This document shows positions 48,600 through 61,366 of a DNA stretch of 64,000 bases, piece by piece. The notes under the pieces were generated by a model, which saw only the letters and a program-made list of their open reading frames with translations, had not been told where the DNA came from and searched no databases. Numbering within the stretch: position 1 is the stretch's first letter; every line of letters begins with the position of its first letter. The position numbers and the translations under genes were made by a program. The DNA is from Macrostomum hystrix. Taxonomy: Eukaryota; Animalia; Platyhelminthes. The stretch covers positions 6,634,001 through 6,698,000 of the forward strand of contig CATNEN010000007.1 of NCBI GenBank assembly GCA_950097015.1. Direction: 5' to 3'.

Positions 48600-51500
48600 G
48601 TCGTTAGTGATGCGTTTTAAACGTTGAATGTGAACATACTTGTAAAACTGAGGTTAATGTGGATCCTGGATATTTGCAAGGTGTGCTGTTGTCGCGGATA
48701 TCAGTGCTGTTACACGGAAAGGTCCTTTGTATTTGAAGGCATGTTTGTGCATATGCTGTGCCGGGTAGTGTAGGTAGACAATATCTCCCACTTGTAAAGC
48801 AGATATGCATTATTACTTGTTGTAGGTACGGTAGATTGGTTGTCGAGATTGTTTTTTGCAATTTGCCATGCTAGGTGTAATTGAGAAGTGAACTTTTGTA
48901 GTGTCGTCGACAAGTCAGCATATTGAGATAGCAGTAATTTCTGGACTCATAGATTCGGTGGTTGAAAGTCTCGAGAGAATTCAGAAAGAATGGTATGTTC
49001 TCTGTTGAGCGATGAACTGCGCTGTTGTAGGTGATTGTCACTGATTGTATGTAGATAATCCAATCTTCAGGTTGTTTATAGACAAAGTGTGTCAACATTT
49101 CATGTAGGTTTCAGTGAAATCTTTCGACAAGGTTTGCTTTTGGATTATATGTCAAGGTGAATATCTGTTGAATATTTAGTAGTTTGGCGGCCTGTTGAAA
49201 TACTCGTAATTGCGATGTGAATTGTGTGTTATTGTCAGATGCTAGCATCTTAGGAGTTCGGAATTTGCAGATAATTTCATTATAGAAGGCCATTGCAACT
49301 TTTGTCGTTGTGATGTCAGGTATCGGAATGACAACGGCGAATTTCGAAAAGCATCCAAGGCTGTAAGAATGTAATTGTAGTCGATAGAGTGTTGTTGAGC
49401 AGGTGGTAGTGGTCCGGTAATGTCAATTGACACGGTGTCCCATGTACTCGTAGTTGTCTTCGGTACTGATTGGAGTTCAGGTTTTTGATGTCTTCCGATT
49501 TTTGTTGAAGCACATGAGTGACATTGTGTGCAGTACTTGCGAATGTCTAAATTCATTGTGACATTCGTAAGAATTCGTAAAATGTTTTTTTCGATTTTTA
49601 AAAGTTATTTTTCCGTTTCTTCTGTGTCTTCTTGTATGGCTTTGTAAAAGGAGTCGTCATGTTGTGCTTTCAACAAGTCTTTTATGGTTGGAATAGGATG
49701 AACTGCATTGATCTCGTATGTTCTGGACAGTGCATCAGCGGCTTTATTCATTGGCCCTGGTTTGTAAACCAGGTGAAAGTTGTAGTCCTGTATTTTGAGG
49801 ACCATTCAGATGAGTCTATTGTTCGTCTGTCCTTTTGTTTTAACAACGTGAGTCAGCGGTGCATGATCTGTGCGAATGAAGTTGGCAGTGGTGATCCATA
49901 GATGTAGTAATGGAATTGTCGAAGAGCAAACAGAACAGGTAGTAGTTCTCGTTCAGTGGCTGACCATTTTGTTTCGTTTGGTCTTAGAGCTCTACTGATG
50001 TAAGCAATCGGTTTTTATTTCTTTGGTTCCATTTCCTAATCCACTTCCTGATGCGTCTGTTTCTACTCGTATGATAAAAGGTTTGTGGAAGTTCGGGTGT
50101 TTAAGAAGAGCATCAATAGTTAGTTGTTGTTTGATTCTATCGAAACTTTCCTGTTGTTCCGCTTTCCAGTTGTCTTCTTTCCACTTTGGAATTTTTTGTA
50201 GTTCGTACAATGGTTTAGCCGTTTGTGCAAAGTTAGGTAGAAATTTTCGGGAATATTGGGCTAGTCCGAGGAATGACTGCAGTTTGGTAATTAACGTAGG
50301 TTTCGGGAACTTCTTGACCTTGTCGACGTTATTTGGGTCAGGTGATATGCCTCGTGATGAAACGTGATGTCCAAGATATCGGACCGAATCTCTGCAGAAG
50401 TTACACTTTGTAGGTTGCAGTTTTAGACCTTGTTGTCGGAGTAAGAAGAGAGCTTGTTCCATGACTTGTACTAGTTGTTCGAAGTTATTTCCAAAGGCAA
50501 GAATCTTCAAAGAACAAATTTGAATCTTCAAAGAAAAAAATTGAATCGTTTTGAAGCACTTTTAATTTGTATGTTGAAGCGCATAATTTAATTTTCGAGG
50601 AAATTATTCTTCCAATGTAAATCAAAGTTGAGCACTTAAAAAATTCTGGCATTTCAAAAGTTTCTTATTAGCAGTTCAACTTCTGCTGGACTTCCTGTGT
50701 CAGCGGTGTAAGCGCTAGCTCTAGATCTGCTTAGACTTCCATGTCATCCTTTTCATATTCGAAGGCCGATGACAGGCTTATCATGATCTTACACCTGAAG
50801 TTTTCATTGTTGTTCTCCTCCTGCTCGATGGTCTTTTTGTGATGCAGAAGCGTCTCGAACGAGTAACCGGTGTAGACGAGCGCTGGGTACAGCTGCACAA
50901 ATTCGTAGAACATTCGAAGTCTGCTTATGTAGGCCGATGTCAACTTCGTTTTTTCCATTAGGGATTCACGACTTTCGCTTCTCAACATCCAAGTGATGAT
51001 TTCAGCTTTTCGGAACATCGCCATTGTCCGAAGTACATCGACATCCGCCAAAAATTGCGTTAGCTCTTGAAAGCGGCGAAGAAGCTCGGTTGGTGATGTA
51101 TTTTCAGTACCAGCCAATAATAAATTGCGCAAAGTAAATTTTTTTAACTATAGGAAGAACTAAATGTGCTCTTCCTCAAAAAAAGTAAAAAATCTGTCCT
51201 AGAGAACAACCACCTCAGCCTTGCTCAGAAATTCCGATCGGGAACTTCCTTGAACAAAAAAAGTGCGAGTAGATCACTTTCTTGCTGTCGAAGTACTACA
51301 AGTTTAAGTTATCAGCATTTTTTCGGAGGATGAGCACCCTAGGTTTGGGGTCTTGAGTTTAGGGATTAAGATTTTAGCGCTAATTTGATTGTCTTGGCAC
51401 GCTTGTTGCAGGTTAACTTTTTTTCCTGATCTCTTTGAGAATAGTTTGTGGATTAAGGCGGCTGCGATAATTTTTTGTCCCAGATATGCAACTCACAAAC

Positions 51501-52030
51501 TGATATGGAATATTAAAAGTAGAGAATGTAGAATATGGAGACAGATTTTTTGGAAAAAGGCGGGGAACCTTTTTTCTGATCTCTTCGGGAAGAATAAAGG
51601 TAATGGGTTGTGCATTAAGGAGGCTGCGATAATTTTTGTCCTAGAAAAAAAATAAGAGAGATTTTTGGAGAGGCGAGGACCCTTTATATCCTTGATCTCT
51701 TCGGGAATAATGAATTTAATAAATTGTGGATTATGGAGACTGCGATAATGTTTGTCCTAGAAGGCCCCTTTGCATACTACGCAAGAATATCATCAACATA
51801 GTGAAGCAGATTTGTACATCCGGCTAGCATAAAGGCTGTAAGACGGCTCATTGTTGCTGGTGAGTTGGAGATTCCCATTGGACTTCTCTGATACGCGAAA
51901 ACTTCGTCTTTATAAGTTTTGAAGGCAGTGTATTGTTTTGATTCTTCTTCAAGTTCGATTTGCCAGAATCCATGTCGTAGGTCAAATACAGTGAAGAGTG
52001 TCGCCATATTGAGTCGTGCTAGCAGTTCCG
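48600..52030 (-). mobile_element. Degraded Gypsy pol (RT, RNase H, integrase); RT split by a 1.28-kb insertion
   Basis: RT: FDLRHGFWQI...HYVDDILA|FGNNFEQ. RNase H: ETDASGSGLG and YKPGPMNKAADALSR. Integrase: SIDITGPLP, SDNNTQFTS, YNPKANLVERFH. Confidence 0.92.
50505..51780. mobile_element. One-ended Polinton/Maverick terminal fragment (TIR plus small helical ORF 51132-50731)
   Basis: 51410-51780 is the reverse complement of 59750-60120 and ends ...CCCCTTTGCATACTAC. The fragment is flanked by a GCAAGAAT duplication (50497-50504, 51781-51788). Confidence 0.75.
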
Positions 52031-54319
52031 CAACTTTTGTCGTTGTGATGTCAGGTATCGGAATGACAACGGCGAATTTCGAAAATTTGACGGTTGTCTA
52101 ATAAGTTGCACAGTCGGATGCAATAGAGGATTTCACCCCAGATGCTTTCTGGGCTTCAAAATGATTTTTGCAAATCCATTGCGTCAATTTCTTCGAACAG
52201 CTCTGGTGAAAGTAAAAAAAATGAAATTTTTCTTAAGTGGGCAGAGTTTGCGAGTGCAAAAACTGTTGCTAAGAGAATAGTAAACTGCACAGAAGCCATG
52301 GATCGAAGCAAAATTAATCGAATGAATATTCGGATGGCTTTAAGAAGTGTTGGATGCATCTACCTATATCTTCATAGTCGACTCCTCGGGTCCAAGGCGT
52401 ATACTATTGCACCACCCTAGTTTTAAGCCTCTTGTCTTAAGATCTCTGAACAGACTTACGTCACTTAAACAGCAGCTCTATGTTCGCGAAGGAATTGCAT
52501 AAAGGCATTGCCATGAGAAAGCATCTGCTCTCGCGTTTTGGTTGGTAGGCTCATAATTTCGTATTTTGTCATTGCCTCTTGAATATATAAAGACGCTCAT
52601 TTTGGCGCAGTTACTTCTTCCTCCGCTTCATCATCAGCCGGTAGTAAAGGCTATTCTTCGTCAGTATCACCATTCTCCAAAAAGTGCAAGAAGTTTACAA
52701 ATTCTTCGAGATCCAATGGAGTTCGCTGTAGGTTACCTAAGCTTTCGACGGGCAGATTAGCCCAATTGATTAAATACGAGTTTTGTCCTCCCTCTCCATG
52801 GTACAGATCATGCAACCAAGTATATTCTCCCTGCTCTTCCTTTATTTCGCCCCCAAACGACCCAGACTTTATCAAACTTCTCTTTGTGTATGTCAAAATC
52901 CTCCCGAAAAAACAAAACCAATCTCTGCTCTCCCAGCTTATGTCTATGGCCATTCACTGAAGTTAGGCAATACATTTTGTCGTAAGTCCGAGTTTAGAAT
53001 AATAGGCCAATTCTCACTCGCGCACACTCCCATAAAAAAGCTTAATTTCCCTTCAACGGTTGACTCAATTATAAGGTGGCAGGGAACAACGCAGGTAGCC
53101 TTCGTCCAGGGTAGCCCATAGCAATCCCAGGCTGTGAATACGTATTCATTTTCGTATGGGTTTTACTTTGCCAAAGTTTTATATAATTCTTAGCTATTGA
53201 CACATCTATGATATGTTTCGTGTTTAGGACAGTCGGTGTTTGCGTGCTGCGCTAACATTGACTAAGTACGAGACATGGCTTGTAGAGGCTCGTACACTCG
53301 TAGGAGTGGCTCTTCTGAAGAATCGGGCAGATTAAACGTGTGCATCTTTCTGAAACAGTTTGTACCAGTCGCTCTTAGGATTTCTATCGCTTGAATCTCC
53401 TTTGCGACTGCAGCTAAAGAAGCTAGTGGTAGGTGGCCCGCTTTGCTGCTTGGATTGCAAACGCAAAGTAGATGTGTGAATGCATTTACTTGTCAGACAA
53501 AAAGCCATTTCTCGGGCTCCAGTGAGTCTATCAAATCCGTTAGGAAGTCTCCAGCACGGTTGAACCACACCTTTTCTTATTCAGCTGTGCCTGGCTGCTT
53601 TCAGTTTTTTTGTCGGCGATTCTTTTCTCTGTACTTTTAGCGAATAACGCGCTTGGTCCGTTGCCACTCCTCGTGAGAAAAACAAATAACTTCGTGCTTT
53701 GTCTTCCATCCAGATAACGTTGATTTTCCTCCTTTGTTGATAATGTCAAAAGCTGTCAATCGTTTTGAAATATTTTTACCATCCGCAAATAATACTTGAC
53801 ACATTCACCCTAGAAGCCTTGCCGAACTATTTTTGGTCGAAAAAATAAGCCTTCGAGCTTTAAGGTCGGAAAAATACGATTCTACGTAAGAGCTTTAAAC
53901 CTTAAGCAGTCGGGAAGGTCGTTGTCGACCATTTTCAACCTATTAATTCAGTCTGTTCGAAATGTCTATGGGCAGCACATTTATTTTCTACCCTCCGTTC
54001 CAGTCGGATGTGGGTTGAAATCGACCAAAAAGAAAATACCGGCGAGCGAGCCACAACAAAGCGTTAGGATAACGTTTAGGAGACTTAGCGTTAGGAGACT
54101 TTACAAGATCATTGTATGAACTAACGATTAATTTACGTGCTTAGCCCTTAATCATACAATTCTATTATTAATAAAAATGTTAGTAGGCATTATGCAACTT
54201 ATAGTTTTATGGTATGTACGTCAAACAATTTTGATTGAAAGCAAACAAAATCCAATACAGGAACACTGCGACCGAGTAAATTGATGCAAAGTTCTGGCTG
54301 TACCAATGGTGAAAATTTC

Positions 54320-55480
54320 CCTTTTAGTTATTATGCCGCACGCCAAAGCAGTTCGTCATGCATAGCGATAGAATGCTTAGACACTGCGAGAAAACGTATA
54401 TTGTCTTCTTCTGCCAGTGCCGGCATCGACGCCGATTGGTATTGGTCAATTTTGTCCAGCAACCTGGCCTGCCTTGCTTGGAATGTGCTCGGCTGCGGCG
54501 GGTGCTTGGCCGATTCGAACCGAAACGCAACGTCTGCCTGGTCCAGACTGCTCAATCAAATCCTCGATCGCGATTTTTAGGAAGCTAAGGAAGCTCTTTG
54601 TTCCTCCAAATTATGGCATACGATCCAAGCATTACGCACCAGCAGAAGGATGATGTGAAAACTGAGCTTCTGAAACCACTTTTGCGTTTTCCTGTTCGGA
54701 TGGTATGGCTGGAGTCCACTGTCCATGCGATCTACTCCGCCCATAAAGGACGAATAGTTAGTGATGCAAACCGGCTTTTAGATCACTTTCTCCACACCAC
54801 CTCGGCGAATTCGAGTGACGTTGACGCAGTCCGCCTCACCTGAGGTGTCCATCACGTAGACAATCTTCGTTCCGCTCTGTTTCTTGTTGACAAATTTGCA
54901 CGCCAGGACATTGTTGTTCCTCGCAAATAAAACGATCGCGAGACAGGCAGAACGGTTGATTTAGATATGGAGTGTGGTAGAACAAATCCTTCGACCAATA
55001 ACTATTCAATTCAGGCTTTTTGTTAAGTCCCATGTCGAGCACAATGCTAACAAGCTTTCGCATTTCATAAGGGCTACAATCCTTCTACTGAACTACCCTA
55101 GGCGGCACTTCTGGCTCTTCTTGTACACGCATGAACTCCTTCCAGGCTCTAGCATTTGTCCAGTTCGAAAGAAAGTCGAACATGTTACCTGTCAAGAACT
55201 TCTCGACGAAATAGGTCTCATTTTTATCGACTTCTTTAGGCAGATTCCAGGCAGGATTGCAGCCAGCTGTTCCCAGAGATTCTGGACGTTGATCCGGTCG
55301 TTTGTCATCATGCTCCGACACAATGTTTCAGGCTTCATGTTGTTCCATTGTTTCATCTTCTTGTCCCGAATTAACTTCGTTCTTCGAGTCAGCGTCGTTG
55401 GTGTTGGTTTCAGAATTGAGGCCAAGTCTGCGCCTTGCAACCAGTAAAGCTTGTCTAGGATGAGGTCTTCTCGACGCCAT
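54320..55480 (-). pseudogene. piggyBac (PGBD4-like) transposase relic, internally deleted
   Basis: MGLNKKPELNSYWS...LSRDRF and KPVCITNYSSFMGGVDRMD...RKTQKWFQKL are piggyBac signature blocks. Confidence 0.85.
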
Positions 55481-58400
55481 GACTTTTGGAAAGCTTTAGA
55501 AAGGTTAAAGATAGCTAGAATTTTTTTCTGTTGCAGAAACCTCCAAAATCAACCCTACTATATCTTAGAATTTCGAAGATATAGTAGAAAATCTTTCAAT
55601 CTATGGTCTTTCCGACAGAATTAGGCGTGCAGGGTGGGACAGAAAAAATTGTCAATGGCCCGAATTCGACTCATCCGTCTGGAAAGGGGGATGGCGTCTA
55701 TCTTAACAGTCTTAAAGAGGTTAAAACCAACTTTTGCTAAATCTGATGCCAAATGACTGGCACACTAAATGTGACATAGCCCACGAGAAGTCCATGACGA
55801 TGACAGCGGGTAGATAGTCATCGTCATTACAGGGAGTAAATAGCATGCAAATTTTTTGTACTGCTTGCCAGCGTGCCCAAATCAGACAGCAAACCAAAAG
55901 TGTTAAATCGATTCGGTCTTATGCTCACTTGTGATCGTTTCGACCACAGGCACGCCACGTGTCTGCCCGTTATCGGAGGGTAGAAATAGGGTATTCGGGA
56001 ATTATTATTCGAAAATAATTCAGTAGTATCTAGACGTAAAGCACATTGTTCTAAGCTTTTACTTCGCCGAAATGACAGTTTTACGTCGATTGCTTAGTAC
56101 TGTCTGGATATTCTATGGTATTTTGCATCCATACAGTATACGTAAATTTATGAATGTATTTAGAATGTTTGAATGAAAAGTAAAGATGAATGACAATGAA
56201 AGTAAGAAGTGTAAAGCAATGTCGATTGGGTCTCAGTAAAAGCATTCAAACAATGTGATTGCATAGTATGTTGCAGAGTGAAATAATGGCCAAAACACGC
56301 ACACACGCGTTGCGCACTCGATACAATCTACTATTGACGAATAGTTTGGACAAGCTGAGATGAAAAATTGCCAGGATTTACCATGACGGTTGGATAATTG
56401 TATTTTAGTCTACAAAACGGGTTAACACTGAACGGAACAGTGCAACGATGTGTTATAAGTTTTTATAATGCTTGTGAACGCTTCACCTTGCTGATAGACG
56501 ACTGACCGAGTGGGAGACACTACTGGTCTCCGAAGCGAAAGCTGCAGTTCTCAAACCTGCCGCTGAAGTTAAAAACAAACTCCGCACGCGTGTCACGCGT
56601 GTCACCAGACCAGCGCCCCAAACAGCGCCGCAACCAGCGCCGCGACCAGCGCCGCGACCAGCGCTGCGACCAGCGCCGCATTCAAAGCCGCCACTTTTGA
56701 AAAACAATATCCAATGCCTGCGCTGCTCAGAAAAGCTATTTTTATATATGCATCTTGCTTTACCATCCAATAATATGCACGCGGACTTTCCATCCAATGA
56801 ACGCGAATTTATAACATGCCATACTCGTATAATCAGACGCTGAGCGCAAGAGTAAAGTCCAACCCTTTCTTCCCATCCAGACTTGCTATCAGAATTATAA
56901 GACAACTTAGAATAGCTCTCCTGTCTGACAGGACTGTTAAATCCTAAACTCTGAGAGAACTCATATCAACATTAGGGTAACCGCTTCGACTTGACCGGAT
57001 CCTTAGCCTTGAGCTCCCGCTCCAGCCTTCGGAGACTCTTCTAAGATAAGTCGGACAATACTCTTGTTGTCTAATAAATATCTTTGCGTGATTCAACATC
57101 CATGTGTATTTGACAACATTACTGATCGTGAAATAGAGCATCTAAGTTAAAGGGTAAAACAGCAAGGAAAACAGTCGACCAGGCCTCCTGTCTCCTTGTT
57201 CAATAATAGGGAAGATAACCGGATCCTTAGTCCTAAGACCTATTCCTAGACCTAGACCTAGCCATAGACACATTTTAAATTATTTTACCACCAGTACCGC
57301 AGTCAGCGTCACGACCAATGTTGCAGTCAGCTCCAGCACCATGACTGCAGTGAGTGCCGCGACCCGTCCCGCAAGCAGGATCCCGATCAGTGTCGGAAAT
57401 AGTGCCTTGATCAATGTGAGGACTATTAGTATGTAGGTGGGTAGCAGCCACAAAAAGGGGTCAGTTTTACAGTCAGAATTGTCATCAGCAAGAAAATCCC
57501 ACAGCACAGATATTCGCTCGGCGTCAGATGCCAATGACGCATCGTGACGCAACGTAGCTTTACAAGTCCACCTTGTAAAGTTCGCCACCACTTAGCTAGA
57601 ATGCTGATTAGTTGAACTTTGTCATGAAGGCACGACAGCACGTTTAGCAATGAAACCTGCAAACATGATTGACCTTGTGAGGGTAGTACAAGAGCACAGT
57701 GAAACACTCTTTTAGGCAAGCAGCCTGGCCAGCTACTTGTAGCAATTGATGCGCCAGTTGAGTCAATAACTAGATTTATGTAAACTTTTGCCTTCTTCAT
57801 CGCGTAAAAGACGCCTGCCGTCAACTCAGGGTGAGATAAGGCGATGACGAGAAGCGTCAAATTTCCTGAACATTGCGTATACTGCGCATACTTTTATAGC
57901 GTTTCTGAGTGTGCGATACGAAGCATGTGATCGTGAGTAGAAATGTCTGCACATTTTTAGTTGAACTTCTCATGCTGCCGAATGTTAATTAGGGTTTTTA
58001 GGCGGCATTTCACGAGCATCGTGTGCAGATGCAGCTACAGGGGCCTGTAACGCAGCAATTTATCGTTTCTGTTCTTTTCGTTTTAAACTTCTACCGCGCA
58101 CTTTCCATCCCTAAAATCGTGTTCTATGGGCTCTGTGATGCACCTCATCGATCCGTTAGGCTTGGAATCGCACTTGCCATTGTCCTGGGCAAACGCCAGA
58201 TTCTTTCGAATGCAACAGAATGCTTACAAACATAAATGACGGTACGAGCACCGTGCTTGTCAAAGTGGCTGCGCTTGACACTAAGGCTGCAGCTTTACGC
58301 ATATGTCGTTTGAATAGTTAATATTACTTTACAGTGTATATTATCCTGAGCCTTCCTACGATCGTTTTTAGCTGCTCCAGACTGCTCCAGAGTCAAGTAA

Positions 58401-60419
58401 CCATTTAATACGTCGATTTCAGCGACATTGAAATAGGAATCACTTTCTGGTAGCTGTAGATCAGAAGCTTCTGTACGCTTCTCTGGCGGCTCGTCCTCAG
58501 GGGACAAGACAGTAAGGTTTTGCTCCTAAGTTCTCTTCTGTTCTGTTAAACATCGCATGGACTAGTTTTTATATCCCTTCTGCCATACTGTCCATTGAAA
58601 AAATGCATCTGGCTTGCGAGGGCGCTGTATACCAAACTTAAAGGAGCAGCTGTAACAAAATCAGAGCCAGAGAATCCTGATCATTCCGTCAAAATTTGCG
58701 TGCCTGCAACACGTGATTGTTATTGACACTAGGATATGTCTGAAAGGAAAGGGGGCATAAATATTACATGGAACACCCTATTAATTATAGACGCCGGGCT
58801 TTTCTATGCTTTTTTTGATTGCATAAGTGATCCTTTTACGAGAACGCCATCCACGGTACCACGGTTATTTTTGCTCTTAAATAAGCACCTATGTTGATCT
58901 TCTGTCAAGTTAGATTCTTACTTCGTTTCATTTTATCTTATAAACTTTGCATGCAGCTAAAAACTACTTTATGTCTAATGAGTATCGTGGTGTCTTTGAA
59001 AAAATAGCTTACCGTTGTTTCTTTGTTAAAGAATGATTTCACTTAAATATGTGAAAAAGTACTGCGCAATACCTACTCACATTTGACGTGACAGAGGAAA
59101 TCGCTTTTTTACAATACCTAGTTTTCCTATGCGGCATTATATGACCGATGGTATGCAGAGCATGCAATGAATGCATGTAGTGCTATATTTTTGCTACGAC
59201 TGATCAAGTATGATCAAGTTTTAGGTGTGATACTGTTACACCACGACTAATCCAGAGTTGATTTGATAAATATTCCTATATTAAATCGCACGCTCGTGTT
59301 ATTATAAATTTGGGAACGATAAAATCCACTTTAAAGCTGAAAACGGTATTTTAACTGCTTGCTTTTTAACTTAAACGCCAGACTTAAACGTCGAGTTTGA
59401 TGGCGTCCAGCTTCCGTCGTTCACTTTAATAGTTGTGATTGACGGCCATGACGTGATCGGTATCGAAAGTATGACCAAGCTCCACTTACTATTAGTTTAG
59501 TTAGTGAGACCTATGTCAGACCTCAGGTATGCCACCTATGTAAGTTTAGATTCCTTCCAAGTACCATACTTTAGGCAAGGGTCTTGCGAGATTCGGTACT
59601 CTTGCGAAAAGAGTTCTGCCACCGCCCCAGGATGGACTCAGATATTAAATATATTAACTAGATGGGCCACTCAGCACATGTTATATTAAGCTACTTTTAT
59701 TTCAGTAGAAATGTAAGCATTAGCATGTATTATGTATTCAAGAAGAAAAGTAGTATGCAAAAGGGGCCTTCTAGGACAAAAATAATCGCAGCCTCCATAA
59801 TGTAGAAACCATTAACTTTATTCTTCCCGAAGAGATCAGGAAAAAAGGGTCCCCGCCTCTCTCGCGAAAAATCTGTCTCCATATTCTAAATTCTCTACTT
59901 TTAATATTCCACATCAGTTTGTGAGTTGCATATCTAGGACAAAAATTACCACAGCCTCCATAATGCACAAACCATTACCTTTATTCTTCCCGAAGGAAAA
60001 AAGAGTCCCCGCCAAAATAAATCTGTCCCCATATTCTCTACTTTCCATATCAGTTTGTGAGTTGCATATCTGGGACAAAAAATTATCGCAGCCGCCATAA
60101 TCCACAAACTATTCCCTAAGATATTGTAGATCCTTACACAATCCAAAATCGATATTATTCGGATCCAGAATAATATTGATTTTCCTCCTGCTCATTTCGT
60201 GTACAGCAAATTGTATAGGGCAGAGGTCCTTCAGGGTTGATATAGATTTATACTTACTGGGTATACGTGCGCGTATACGAACCATATACGCGCATATACC
60301 ATATATACGAACCCTCCTGCATATCCTCGGTTCCACCAGCTGCTGCCACATTTGCCGCCCCAGGTATAACAACGTTACCATGAGCACCTTGCATTTGATT
60401 GGTTTGCGGAACTGTTGGG

Positions 60420-60809
60420 TCAGTCCAAATACTCACTTAAAATGAGAGTAGCGTTATCCAATAAGAAGGAAACTCGGACTTTACAGTGTTGCAACCGAGG
60501 CAGCGACGTCAGAAGTTCATAGATCTTGAGCTTCTTCTGCACCTCATGTTCCTTCACACCAAAAGTTTCCGCAACCCTCCGATTTGATGCCCGCTGTCTG
60601 GATTTTTCCTTCTTATATATAAGCCCCATGCAGAAAGCCGCAGCAACAGACTTTCCATCCGCCTGTTGCTCCGTTTGCAAGAGTTCTGTATGGTGCGTAC
60701 GATAAAAATCGTCCGAATCCATTTTGAATTCGGCAACAAAGTTCCTCATTAGTTGATAACTAAGAAGCAAATCTTCATCAGCAAAAAAATGATCGGTGAA
60801 GTTCGTCAA
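60420..60809 (-). CDS. Polinton-associated small helical/HTH-like protein of unknown function (start uncertain)
   Basis: VAETFGV..EVQKKLKIYELLTSLPRLQHCKVRVSFLLDN resembles SAYISRLRMFYEFVQLYPALVYTGYSFETLLHH of ORF 50731-51132. Confidence 0.5.
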   Translation of the reverse strand: MTNFTDHFFADEDLLLSYQLMRNFVAEFKMDSDDFYRTHHTELLQTEQQADGKSVAAAFCMGLIYKKEKSRQRASNRRVAETFGVKEHEVQKKLKIYELLTSLPRLQHCKVRVSFLLDNATLILSEYLD

Positions 60810-61366
60810 ACACCATTTTGGTTCTCATTGCGTAGTTGCGATCCTGGGCCTCCATGGCCGCTCTTGACCGAATTCGCTGGTTCTCAACTTTTTCATTGAA
60901 GAAATGATGGAGAACTTCTCGAATTCTCTCTGATGCCCGTTCGTTGGCATGCAATCCTTCAACGAGGCGACCGTGGAGATTTTTTTGGTCAGTTGAGTAG
61001 AACGTAATATTTTGTGGACTAAAAATAAGGATTTAAATAAAATAAGATATATTTAAATTCTTACCACAGGATTATCAGGAAGTAAAAAAATGAATAAACT
61101 TACAACATGATGAAATCAGCAGCCACAACAGTGGAGTATCGTGCGTGACGAAGAACGTTCGCGGGCGAAATAAGCTGAATTTGCTTGAATCATTCTGCTC
61201 TCTCAACCCCCAGCTCTTTCAGCAGAACTCCAAGTTCTTTACTTGGAGCATTCAATATAAAGCCCACCCCGCCAATCCCCAACCCCAACTTTGTCTTACC
61301 AAAAAACAGCTTTAACTAGCTTCCAAGCGATCGATTCCCTCCACCCGCTTGAATTAAAAAAAAATA

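Noticed and set aside
53890-55730. piggyBac TIRs with TTAA target sites
   Set aside because: Candidate ends match only weakly; the termini cannot be defined.
56400-58600. Protein-coding gene with 12-bp repeats and an RS-like stretch
   Set aside because: All frames are interrupted, and no motif or consistent splice structure was recognisable.
51780-59749. One Polinton spanning the two TIR copies
   Set aside because: The TIR termini face each other across this interval with their element bodies outside it, so they cannot enclose it.
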